Part shown: in pieces, positions 1 through 13,046 of the stretch
Layout of the letters: the number at the start of each line of letters is the position of its first letter
Numbering within the stretch: the first letter of the stretch is position 1
Assembly: GCA_038087875.1 (NCBI GenBank)
Contig: JAXLNO010000500.1
Location: 1-36,426, forward strand
Source of the DNA: Malacoraja senta
Lineage: Eukaryota
Direction: 5' to 3'
Length of the DNA stretch: 36,426 nt
Program-made: the position numbers and the translations under genes
The notes under the pieces: model-generated
Told to the model about the DNA's origin: nothing
Seen by the model: the letters and a program-made list of their open reading frames with translations, nothing else
The model's database searches: none

Positions 1-3000
1 GCGACCTTGCCGGACTTGTGGCGACATTGCCGGATTCATGGCGATCTTGCCGGAAATGTGGCGACCTTGCCGGATTTGTGGCGACGATGCCGGATTTCTG
101 GCGACCTTGCCGAAAATATGGCGACCTTGCCGGATTTGTGGCGACCTTGCCGAATTTATGGCGACCTTGACGGAAATATGGCGACCTTGCCGGATTTGTG
201 GCAACCTTGCCGGAAATATGGAGACCTTCCCGGATTTATGGCGTCCTAGCCGGATTATGTCGGACCGTGCCGGAAATACGGCGACCTTGCCGGAGTTATG
301 GCGACTGCAGATTTATGGCGACCTTGCCGGATTTATGGCGACATTGCCGGAAAGATGGCGACCTTGCCGAATTTATGGCTACCTGTATTGAAATGTGGCG
401 ACCTTGCCGGATTTGATGCGCCTTGCCCGATTTATGGCGACGTTGCCGGAAATATGGCTACCTTCCCGGATTTGAGGCAAACTTGCCGGATTTATGTCGA
501 CCTTGTCGGAAATAAGGCGACCCTTTTCGGATTTTTGGCGACCTTGCAGGATTTATGGCGACCTTGCCGGATTTGTGGCGACCTTCCGGATTGTTGTCGA
601 CCTCGCCGGAATGTAGTGACCTTGCCGGATTTGTGGCGACCTTGCCGGATTTATGGCGACCTCGACGGAAATGTTGCGATTAGCCGGATAATTTGGCGAC
701 TTTGCCGGATATGACGACCTTGCCGGAAATATGCCGACCTTGCCGGAAATATTGCGACCTTGCCGGATTTGTGGCGACCTTGCCGGATTTATGGCGACCT
801 AGCCGGAAATATGGCAACCGTGCCGGATTGTGGCGACTTTGCCGGATTTGTGGCGACCTTGCCGGACTTATGGCGACCTTGCCGGAAATATGGCGACCTT
901 GTCGCATTTGTGGCGACCTTGCCGGATTTATGGTGAACTTGCCGGAAATATGGCGACCTTGCCGGATTTGAGGCAAACTTGGGGGGATTTATGGCGACAT
1001 TGTCGGAAATATGGCGACCTTGCCCAATTTGTGGCGACCTTGCCGCATTTATGGCGACCTTGCCGAAAATATGGCGACCTTGCCGGATTTGTGGCGACCT
1101 TGCCGAATTTATGGCGACCTTGACGGAAATATGGAGACCTTGCCGGATTTATGGCGTCCTAGCCGGATTATGTCGACCGTGCCGGAAATACGGCGACCTT
1201 GCCGGAGTTATGGCGACTGCAGATTTATGGCGACCTTGCCGGGATTTATGGCGACATTGCCGGAAAGATGGCGACCTGGCCGGAATTATGGCGACCTTGC
1301 CGGATTTATGGTGACCTCGTCGGAAATATGGCGACCTCGCCGGATTTATGGCGACTTGCCGGAAATATGGCGACCTTGCCGGATTTATGGCGACCTTGCC
1401 GCATTTTTGGCGACCTTACCGGATTTATGGTGACCTTGCCGGAAATATGGCGACATTGCCGGATATGTGGCGAGCTTGCCGGATTTGTGGCGACCTTGCC
1501 GGATTTATGGCGACTTTGCCGGGGATGTGGCGACCTTGCCGCATTTGTGGCGACCTTGCTGGATATGTGGCGACCTTGCCGGATTAATGGCGACCTTGCC
1601 GGAAATGTGGCGACCTTGCCGGATTTGTGGCGACCTTGCCAAATTTATGGCGACCTTGCCGGGAATGTGGCGACCTTGCCGGATTTAGGGCGACATTCGC
1701 GTATTAATGGCGACCTTGCCGGAAATGTGTCGACCTTGCCGGATTTGTGGCGACCTTGCCGGATTTATGGCGACCTGCCTGAAATGTGGCGACCTTGACG
1801 GATTTGTGGCGACCTTGCCGGATTTATGGCAACCTTGCCGGGGATGTGGCGACCTTGCCGGATTTATGGCGACTAGCCGGAAATATGGCAATCGTGCCGG
1901 ATTTGTGGCAACCTTGCCGGATTTGTGGCGACCTTGCCGGATTTATGGCGACCTTGCCGGATTATGGCGAACCTTGCCGGATTTATGGCGACCTTGCCGG
2001 AAATATGGTGACCTTGCCGCATTTGTGGCGACCTTGCCGGATTTATGGCGACCTTGCCGGAAATATGGCGACCTTGCCTGAAATATGGCGACCTTGCCGG
2101 ATTTGACGCCACCTTGCCGGATTAATGTCGACTTTGCCGGAAATATGGTGACCTTCCCGGATTTGAGGCAAACTTGCCGGATTTATGGCGACCTTGTCGG
2201 AAATATGGCGACCTTGCCCGATTTGTGGCGACCTTGCCGCATTTATGGCGACCATGCCGGATTTGTGGCGATCTTGCCGAATTTATGGCGACCTTGACGG
2301 AAATATGGCGACCTTGACGGATTTGTGGCAACCTTGCCGGAAATATGGCGACCTTGCCGGATTTATGGCGTCCTAGCCGGATTTATGTCGACCGTGCCGG
2401 AAATACGGCGACCTGGCCGGAGTTATGGCGACTTTGCAGATTATGGCGACCCTGCCGAATTTATGGCGACTTTGCCGGAAAGATGGCGACCTCGCCGGAA
2501 TTATGGCGACCTTGCCGGATTTATGGTGACCTCGTCGGAAAATATGGCGACCTCGCCGGATTTATGGCGACTTGCCAGAAATATGGCGACCTTGCCGGCT
2601 TTATGGCGACGTTGCCGCATTTTTGGCGACCTTGCCGGATTTATGGTGACCTTGCCGGAAATATGGCGACATTGCCGGATATGTGGCGTGCTTGCCGGGT
2701 TTGTGGCGACCTTGCCGGATTTATGGCGACCTTGCCGGGGATGTGGCGACCTTGCCGCATTTGTGGCGACCTTGCTGGATTTGTGGCGACATTGCCGGAT
2801 TAATGGCGACCTTGCCGGAAATGTGGCGACCTTGCCGGATTTGTGGCGACCTTGCCAAATTTATGGCGACCTTCCCGGGCATGTGGCGACCTTGCCGGAT
2901 TTAGGGCGACATTCCCGGATGTATGGCAACCTTGCCGGGGATGTGGCGACCTTGCCGGATTTGTGGCGACCTTGCCGGATTTATGGCGACCTTGCCGGAA

Positions 3001-6000
3001 TTGTGGCGACCTTGCCGAATTTGTGGCGAACTTGCCGGATTTATGGCGACCTTGCCGCAAATGTGGCGACCTTGCCGGATTTGTGGCGACCTTGCCGGAT
3101 TCATGGCGACCTTGTGGGATTTGTGGCGACCTTGCCAGATTTATGGCGACCTTGCCAGAAATGTGGCGACCTTGCCGGACTTGTGGCGACATTGCCGGAT
3201 TCATGGCGATCTTGCCGGAAATGTGGCGACCTTGCCGGATTTGTGGCGACGATGCCGGATTTCTGGCGTCCTTGCCGAAATGATGCGACCTTGCCGGATT
3301 TGTGGCGACCTTGCCGGATCTTTGGGCGACCTTGCCGGAAATGTGGCGACCCTGCCGGATTTGACGCGACCTTGCCGAATTTATGGCTACCTTGATTGAA
3401 ATGTGGCGACCTTGCCGGATTTCATGCACCTTGCCGGATTTATGGCGACTTTGCCGAAATATGGCTACCTTGCCGGATTTGAGGCAAACTTTGCCGGATT
3501 TATGGCGACCTTGTCGGAAATATGGCGACCTTTTAGGATTGTTGGCGACCTTGCAGGATTTATGGCGACCTTGCCGGAAATATGGCGACCTCCGGATTTG
3601 TGGCGACCTTGCCGGATTGTTGTCGACCTCGCCGGGAATGTATTGACCTTGCCGGATTTGTGGCGATCTTGCCGGATTTATGGCGACCTCGACGGAAATG
3701 TTGCGATTTGCCGGAATTTTGGTGACTTTGCCGGATATATGACGACCTTGCCGAAATATGGCGACCTTGCCGGATTTGGGGCGACCTTGCCGGATTTATG
3801 GCGACCTTGCCGAAAATATTGCGGCCTTGCCGGATTTGTGGCGACCTTGCCGGATTTATGGCGACCTTGACGGAAATATGGCGACCGTGCCGGATTTGTG
3901 GCAACCTTGCCGGAAATATGGCGACGTTGCCGGATTTATGGCCTCCTAGCCGGATTTATTGCGACCTTGCCAGTTTCTTGGCCACCTTGCCGGAAATATG
4001 GCGACCTCGCCGTATTTAAGGCGACCTTGCCGGATTTATGGAGACCTTGCCGGATTTATGGCGACCTTGCCAGATTCATGGCGACCTCGCCGGAAATGTG
4101 GCGACCTTGCCGGATTTGAGGCCACCTTGCCGCATTTACGGCGACCTCGCCGGAAATATGGCGAACCTGCCGGATTTGAGGCCACCTTGCCGGATTTACG
4201 GCGACTTCGCCGGAAATATGGCCACCTTCCCTGACTTGTGTCCACCATGCCGGATTTATGGCGACCTTGCCGGAAATATGGATACCTTGCCGGATTTGCG
4301 GTCACCTTGCCGGATTTGTGGCGACCTCGCCAGAAATGTGGCGACCTTGCCGGATTTATGGCGACCTTGCCGGAAATATGGCGACCTTGCCGCATTTGTG
4401 GCGACCTTGCCGGATTTATGGCGACCTTGCCGGAAATATGGCGATCTTGCCGGAAATGTGGCGACCTTGCCGGATTTGACGCCACCTTCCGGATTAATGT
4501 CGACTTTGCCGGGAATATGGTGACCTTGCCGGATTTGAGGCAAACTTGCCGGATTTATGGCGACCTTGCCGCAAATATGGCGACATTGCCGGATTTTTGG
4601 CAACCTTGCCGGAAATATGGCGACCTTGCAGGATTTATGGCGACCTTGCCGGAATTGTGGCGACCTTGCCGTATTTGTGGCGACCTTGCCGGATTTATGG
4701 CGACCTTGCCGCAAATGTGGCGACCTTCCCGGATTTGTGGCGACCTTGCCGGATTTATGGCGACCTTGTGGGATTTGTGGCGACCTTGCCAGATTTATGG
4801 CGACCTTGTCGGAAATGTGGCGACCTTGCCGGACTTGTGGCGACATTGCCGGATTCATGGTGATCTTGCCGGAAATGTGGTGACCTTGCCGGATTTGTGG
4901 CGACGATGCCGGATTTCTGCCGACCTTGCCGAAATGATGCGACCTTGCCGGATTTGTGGCGACCTTGCCGGATCTATGGCGACCTTGCCGGAAATGTGTC
5001 GACCCTGCCGGATTTGACGCGACCTTGCCGAATTTATCGCTACCTTGATTGAAATGTGGCGACCTTGCCGGATTTGATGCACCTTGCCGGATTTATGGCG
5101 ACTTTGCCGGAATTGTGGCGACCTTGCCGTATTTGTGGCGACCTTGCCGGATTTATGGCGACCTTGCCGGATGTATGGCAACCTTGCCGGGGATGTGGCG
5201 ACCTTGCCGGATTTGTGGCGACCTTGCCGGATTTATGGCGACCTTGCCGGAATTGTGGCGACCTTGCCGTATTTGTGGCGAACTTGCCGGATTTATGGCG
5301 ACCTTGCCGCAAATGTGGCGACCTTGCCGGATTTGTGGCGACCTTGCCGGATTCATGGCGACCTTGTGGGATTTGTGGCGACCTTGCCAGATTTATGGCG
5401 ACCTTGCCAGAAATGTGGCGACCTTGCCGGACTTGTGGCGACATTGCCGGATTCATGGCGATCTTGCCGGAAATGTGGCGACCTTGCCGGATTTGTGGCG
5501 ACGATGCCGGATTTCTGGCGACCTTGCCAAAATGATGCGACCTTGCCGGATTTGTGGCGACCTTGCCGGATCTATGGCGACCTTGCCGGAAATGTGGCGA
5601 CCCTGCCGGATTTGACGCGACCTTGCCGAATTTATGGCTACCTTGATTGAAATGTGGCGACCTTGCCGGATTTGATGCACCTTGCCGGATTTATGGCGAC
5701 CTTGTCGGAAATATGGCGACCTTTTCGGATTGTTGGCGACCTTGCAGGATTTATGGCGACCTTGCCGGAAATATGGCGACCTTGCCGCATTTGTGGCGAC
5801 CTTGCCGGATTGTTGTCGAACTCGCCGGGAATGTAGTGACCTTGCCGGATTTGTGGCGATCTTGCCGGATTTATGGCGACCTCGACGGAAATGTTGCGAT
5901 TTGGCGGAATTTTGGCGACTTTGCCGGATATATGACGACCTTGCCGGAAATATGGCGACCTTGCCGGATTTGGGGCGACCTTGCCGGATTTATGGCGACC

Positions 6001-9000
6001 TTGCCGAAAATATTGCGGCGTTGCCGGATTTGTGGCGACCTTGCCGGATTTATGGCGACCTTGACGGAAATTTGGCGACCGTGCCGGATTTGTGGCAACC
6101 TTGCCGGAAATATGGCGACGTTGCCGGATTTATGGCGTCCTAGCCGGATTTATGGCGACCTTGCCGGGTTCTTGGCCACCTTGCCGGAAATATGGCGACC
6201 TCGCCGTATTTAAGGCGACCTTGCCGGATTTATGGAGACCTTGCCGGATTTATGGCGACCTTGCCAGATTCATGGCGACCTCGCCGGAAATGTGGCGACC
6301 TTGCCGGATTTGAGGCCACCTTGCAGCATTTACGGCGACCTCGCCGGAAATATGGCGAACCTGCCGGATTTGAGGCCACCTTGCCGGATTTACGGCGACT
6401 TCGCCGGAAATATGGCCACCTTCCCTGACTTGTGTCCACCATGCCGGATTTATGGCGACCTTGCCGGAAATATGGATACCTTGCCGGATTTGCGGTCACC
6501 TTGCCGGATTTGTGGCGACCTCGCCGGAAATGTGGCGACCTTGCCGGATTTATGGCGACCTTGCCGGAAATATGGCGACCTTGCCGCATTTGTGGCGATC
6601 TTGCCGGATTTATGGCGACCTTGCCGGAAATATGACGATCTTGCCGGAAATGTGGCGACCTTGCCGGGTTTGACGCCACCTTCCGGATTAATGTCGACTT
6701 TGCCGGGAATATGGTGACCTTGCCGGATTTGAGGCAAACTTGCCGGATTTATGGCGACCTTGTCGGAAATATGGCGACCTTGCCCGATTTGTGGCAAACT
6801 TGCCGGATTTCTGGCGACATTGCCGGAAATATGGCGACCTTGTCGCATTTGTGGCGACAAAGCCGGATTTATGGTGAACTTGCCGGAAATATGGCGACCT
6901 TGCCGGAAATGTGGCGACCTTGCCGGATTTGACGCCACCTTGCCGGATTAATGTCGATTTTGCCCGACATATGGCGACCTTGCCGGATTTGACGCAAACT
7001 TGCCGGATTTATGGCGACTTTGTCGGAAATATGGCGACATTGCCCGATTTGTGGCGACCTTGCCGCATTTATGGCGACCTTGCCGGAAATATGGCGACCT
7101 TACCGGATTTATGGTGACCTCGTCGGAAATATGGCGACATCGCCGGATTTATGGCGACTTGCCGGCAATATGGCGACCTTGCCGGATTTATGGCGACCTT
7201 GCCGCATTTTTGGCGACCTTGCCGGATTTATATCCACCTTGCCGGAAATATGGCGACATTGCAGGATATGTGGCGAGATTGCCTGGTTTGTGGCGACCTT
7301 GCCGGATTTATGGCGACCTTGCCGGGGATGTGGCGACCTTGCCGCATTTGTGGCGACCTTGCCGGATTTAGTGCGACATTCCCGGATTAATGGCGACCTT
7401 GCCGGATTTATGGCGACCTTGCCTGAAATGTGGCGACCATGACGGGTTTGTGGCCACCTTGCCGGATGTATGGCAACCTTGCCGGGGATGTGGCGATCTT
7501 GCCGGATTTGAGGCGACCTTGCCGGATTTATGGCGACCTTGCCGGAATTGTGGCGACCTTGCCGTATTTGTGGAGACCTTGCCGGATTTATGGCGACCTT
7601 CCCGCAAATGTGGCGACCTTGCCGGATTTATGGCGACCGTGCCGGAAATACGGCGACCTTGCCGGAGTTATGGCGACTTTGCCGGATTTGTGGCGACCTT
7701 GCCGGATTTCTGGCGACCTTGTCGGAAATATGGCGACCTTGTCGCATTTGTGGCGACATGCCGGATTTATGGTGAACGCCGGAAATATGGCGACCTTGCC
7801 GGAAATGTGGCGACCTTGCCGGATTTGACGCCACCTTGCCGGATTAATGTCGATTTTGCCGGACATATGGCGACCTTGCCGGATTTGAGGCAAACTTGCC
7901 GGATTTATGGCGACCTTGTCGGAAATATGGCGACATTGCCCGATTTGTGGCGACCTTGCGCATTTATGGCGACCTTGCCGGAAATATGGCGACCTTACCG
8001 GATTTATAGTGACCTCGTCGGAAATTTGGCGACATCGCCGGATTTATGGCGACTTGCCGGAAATATGGCGACCTTGCCGGATTTATGGCGACCTTGTCGC
8101 ATTTTTGGCGACCTTGCCGGATTTTGTGGCGACCTTGCCGGATTTGTGGCGACCTTGCCGGATTTATAGCGACCTTGCCTGAAATGTGGCGACCATGACG
8201 GGTTTGTGGCGACCTTGCCGGATGTATGGCAACCTTGCCGGGGATGTGGCGATCTTGCCGGATTTGAGGCGACCTTGCCGGATTTATGGCGACCTTGCCG
8301 GAATTGTGGCGACCTTGCCGTATTTGTGGAGACCTTGCCGGATTTATGGCGACCTTCCCGCAAATGTGGCGACCTTGCCGGATTTGTGGCGACCTTGCCG
8401 GATTTATGGCGACCTTGTGGGATTTGTGGCGACCTTGCTGGATTTATGGCGACCTTGCCGGAAATGTTGCGACCTTGCCGGACTTGTGGCGACATTGCCG
8501 GATTCATGGCGACGCTGCCGGAAATGTGGCGACCTTGCCGGATTTGTGGCGACGATGCCGGATTTGTGGCGACCTTGCCGAAATGATGCGACCTTGCCGG
8601 ATTTGTGGCGACCTTGCCGGATCTATGGCGGCCTTGCCGGAAATGTGGCGACCTTGCCGGATTTGACGCGACCTTGCCGAATTTACGGCTACCTTGATTG
8701 AAATGGGGCGATCTTGCCGGATTTGACGCTACCTTGTCGGATTTATGGCGACTGCCGGAAATATGGCGATCTTGCCGGATTTGAGGCAAACTTCCGGATT
8801 TATGGCGACCTTGCCGCAAATATGGCGACCTTGCCGGATTTGTGGCGACCTTGCCGGATTTTTGGCGACCTTGACGGAAATATGGCGACCTTGCCGGATT
8901 TGTGGATACCTTGCCGGAAATATGGCGACGTTGCCGGATTTATGGCGTCCTAGCCCGATTTATGGCGACCGTGCCCGAAATACGGCGACCTTGCCGGAGT

Positions 9001-12000
9001 TATGGCGACTTTGCAGATTTATGACGACCTTGCCGGCTTTATGGCCACTTTGCCAGAAATATGGCGACCTCGCCGGAATTATGGCGACCTGGCCGGATTT
9101 ATGGCGACCTTGCCGGAAATATGGCGATCTTCCCGGATTTATGGCGACCTTGCTGGATTTATGGCGACATTGCCGGAAATATGGCGACCTCGCCGGATTT
9201 ATGGCGACCTTGTCGGGTTTGTGGCGACATTGCCGGAAATATGGCGACCGCGCCGTATTAAAGGCGACCTTGCCGGATTTGCGGCGACCTTGCCGGATTT
9301 ATGGAGACCTTGCCGGATTTATGGCGACCTTGCCGGATTTATGGCGACCTTGCCGCAAATATGGCGACCTTGCCGGATTTGTGGCAACCTTGCCGGAAAT
9401 ATGGCGACGTTGCCGGATTTATGGCGTCCTAGCCGGATTTATGGCGACCGTGCCGGAAATACGGCGACCTTGCCGGAGTTATGGCGACTTTGCCGGATTT
9501 GTGGCGACCTTGCCGGATTTCTGGCGACATTGCCGGAAATATGGCGACCTTGTCGCATTTGTGGCGACAATGCCGGATTTATGGTGAACTTGCCGGAAAT
9601 ATGGCGACCTTGCCGGAAATATGGCGACATTGCCCGATTTGTGGCGACCTTGCCGCATTTATGGCGACCTTGCCGGAAATATGGCGACCTTACCGGATTT
9701 ATGGTGACCTCGTCGGAAATATGGCGACATCGCCGGATTTATGGCGACTTGCCGGAAATATGGCGCCCTTGCCGGATTTATGGCGACCTTGCCGCATTTT
9801 TGGCGACCTTGCCGGATTTATGGCGACCTTGCCGGGGATGTGGCGACCTTGCCGCATTTGTGGCGACCTTGCTGGATTTGTGGCGACCTTGCCGGATTAA
9901 TGGCGACCTTGCCGGAAATGTGGCGACCTTGCCGGATTTGTGGCGACCTTGCCAAATTTATGGCGACCTTGTCGGGAATGTGGCGACCTTGCCGGATTTA
10001 GTGCGACATTCCCGGATTATTGGCGACCTTGCCGGAAATGTGTCGACCTTGCCGGATTTGTGGCGACCTTGTCGGATTTATGGCGACCTTGCCTGAAATG
10101 TGGCGACCATGACGGGTTTGTGGCGACCTTGCCGGATGTATGGCAACCTTGTCGGGGATGTGGCGATCTTGCCGGATTTGAGGCGACCTTGCCGGATTTG
10201 TGGCGACCTTGCCGGAATTGTGGCGACCTTGCCGTATTTGTGGAGACCTTGCCGGATTTATGGCGACCTTGCCGCAAATGTGGCGACCTTGCCGGATTTG
10301 TGGCGACCTTGCCGGATTTATGGCGACCTTGTGGGATTTGTGGCGACCTTGCCGGATTTATGGCGACCTTGCCGGAAATGTTGCGACCTTGCCGGACTTG
10401 TGGCGACATTGCCGGATTCATGGCGACGCTGCCGGAAATGTGGCGACCTTGCCGGATTTGTGGCGACGATGCCGGATTTGTGGCGACCTTGCCGAAATGA
10501 TGCGACCTTGCCGGATTTGTGGCGACCTTGCCGGATGTATGGCAACCTTGCCGGGGATGTGGCGACCTTGCCGGATTTGACGCGACCTTGCCGAATTTAC
10601 GGCTACCTTGATTGAAATGTGGCGACCTTGCCGGATTTGACGCTACCTTGCCGGATTTATGGCGACTGCCGGAAATATGGCGATCTTGCCGGATTTGAGG
10701 CAAACTTCCGAATTTATGGCGACCTTGCCGCAAATATGGCGACCTTGCCGGATTTGTGGCGACCTTGCCGGATTTTTGGCGACCTTGACGTAAATATGGC
10801 GACCTTGCCGGATTTGTGGCAACCTTGCCGGAAATATGGCGACGTTGCCGGATTTATGGCGTCCTAGCCGGATTTATGGCGACCGTGCCCGAAATATGGC
10901 GACCTTGCCGGAGTTATGGCGACTTTACAGATTTATGACGACCTTGCCGGCTTTATGGCCACTTTGCCGGAAATATGGCGACCTCGCCGGAATTATGGCG
11001 ACCTGGCCGGATTTATGGCGACCTCGCCGGAAATATGGCGATCTCGCCGGATTTATGGCGACCTTGCCGGAAATATGGCGATCTTCCCGGATTTATGGCG
11101 ACCTTGCTGGATTTATGGCGACATTGCCGGAAATATGGCGACCTCGCCGGGTTTATAGCGACCTTGCCGGATTTATGGGGACCTTGCCGTAAATATGGCG
11201 ACCTCGCCGGATTTATGGCGACCTTGTCGGGTTTGTGGCGACATTGCCGGAAATATGGCGACCGCGCCGTATTAAAGGCGACCTTGCCGGATTTGCGGCG
11301 ACCTTGCCGAATTTATAGACCTTGCCGGATTTATGGCGACCTTGCCGGATTTATGGCGACCTCGCCGGAAATGTGGCGACCTTGCCGAGTTTGAGGCCAC
11401 CTTGCTGCATTTATGGCGACCGCGCCGGAAATATGGCGAACTTGCCGGATTTGAGGCCACCTTGCCGGATTTATGACGACATCGCCGGAAATATGGCGAC
11501 GTTCCCTGATTTGAGGCCACAATGCCGGATTTATGGCGACCTTGCCGGGAATATGGCTACCTTGCCGGATTTGTGGCCACCTTGCCGGATTGGTGGCGAC
11601 CTCGCCGGAAATGTGGCGACCTTGCCGGATTTGTGGCCACCTTGCCGGATTTATGGCGACCTTGCCGGATTTATGGCAACCTCGTCGGAAATGTGGCGAC
11701 CTTGCTGGATTTGAGGCCACCTTGCCGGATTTATGGCGACCTCGCTGGAAATATGGCGACCTTCCCTGATTTGTGGCCACCTTCCCGGAATTATGGCGAC
11801 CATGCCGGGTTTATGGCGACCTTGCCGGATTTGTGGTGGCCTTGCCGGATATATGGCGAACTTTCCGGAAATAGGCGACTGCCGGATTTGTGGCGACCTT
11901 GCCGGAACTATGGCGACCTTGCCGGATTGATGGCCACCTCGCCGGACTTATGTCGACCTTGCCGGAACTATGGCGACCTTGCCCGATTTATGGCCAGCTC

Positions 12001-12230
12001 GCCGGACCTATGGCGACTTTTCCGGAAATATGGCGACCTCGCCGGATTTATGGCCACCTCGCCGAACTTATGGCGATCATGCTGGAACTATGGCGACCTT
12101 GGCGGATTTATGGCGACCTTGCCGGACTTATGGTGACCTTGCCGGAAATGTGGCGACCTCGCCTGATTTATGGCGACCTCGCCGGATTTATGGCGACCTC
12201 GCCGGAAATGTGGCGACTACGCCGGATTTA
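1..12230 (+). repeat. Satellite array A-left, 20-bp monomer GGCGACCTTGCCGG(ATTTAT/ATTTGT/AAATAT/AAATGT), about 600 copies, runs off the window start
   Basis: Continuous 20-bp periodicity is visible throughout. The GGCGACCTTGCCGG core is conserved and the 6-bp AT-rich part varies. The array ends abruptly at ...gccggattta|catagcaaca (12230/12231). Confidence 0.98.
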
Positions 12231-12638
12231 CATAGCAACATAGAAAATAGGTGCAGGAGTAGGTAGAAGGAGCCTGCACCGCCATTCAATATGATCATGG
12301 CTGATCATCCAACTCAGTATCCTGTACCTGCCTTCTCTCCATACCCGCTGATCCCTTTAGCCGCAAGGGCCTCATGTAGCTCCCTCATAAATATAGACAA
12401 TGAACTGGCCTCAACTACCTTCTGTGGCAGAGAATTACAGAGATTCGCCACTCCCTGTGTGAAAAATGGTTTTCTCATCTCGGTCCTAAAAGATTTACCC
12501 TTTATCCTTAAACTCTGACCCATTGTCCTGGACTTCCCCAACATCGGGAACAATCTTCCTGAATCTAGCCTGTCCAACCCCTTAAGAATTTTATAAGTTT
12601 CTATGATCCCCCCTCAATCTTCTGAAATCTAGCGAGTA
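12231..12638 (-). mobile_element. 5'-truncated CR1-clade LINE fragment (ORF2 C-terminus, 3' UTR and tail)
   Basis: Minus-strand ORF 12314-12577 reads ...SLRIKGKSFRTEMRKPFFTQGVANLCNSLPQKVVEA...GYGEKAGTGY*, typical of a CR1 ORF2 end. The segment is the reverse complement of 14640-15060, and its TTCTATGT-type tail abuts the satellite. Confidence 0.93.
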
Positions 12639-13026
12639 AATTTTAGAAGGGTTAGAGGTATATAGAATGGCTTAGAGGGTTTAGATATATTTGCTATATT
12701 TAAGAGGGAGCTAGATGTGGCCCTTGTGGCTAAAGGGATCAGAGGGTATGGAGAGAAGGCAGGTACGGGATACTGAGTTGGATGATCAGCCATGATCATA
12801 TTGAATGGCGGTGCAGGCTCGAAGGGCCGAATGGCCTACTCCTGCACCTAATTTCTATGTTTCTATGTTTCTAGAGGGGTATATAGAGAGAGGGGGATTT
12901 CGATGGGTTTCAAGGGTTTGGAGTTGTTTTGTAGGGGTTTAGAGATGTTCAGAGGAATTTAGAGGGGGGTAGCAGGCTTTAGATTTATTTATTGCGCTTT
13001 AGAGGGATTTAGAGGCGTTTAGAGAC
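12639..13026 (+). repeat. Degenerate G-rich ~10-bp tandem repeat (TTTAGAGGGG-like), interrupted by a short CR1
   Basis: Units such as tttagaaggg, ttagagggt, tttagagggggg and tttagaggcg occur at 12639-12686 and 12874-13026. Confidence 0.85.
12688..12873 (+). mobile_element. Short (~185 bp) CR1 3'-end insertion
   Basis: Near-identical to 14880-15063: I count 5 mismatches, and the last ~120 bp are identical. It ends in a (TTTCTATG)n tail. Confidence 0.93.
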
Positions 13027-13046
13027 ATTTGTCTAACCGCCTCTTG

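Noticed and set aside
1..12230. CRISPR-like array (constant core plus variable part)
   Set aside because: The variable part is only ~6 bp with a few recurring states rather than unique spacers. There are no cas genes and the context is vertebrate.
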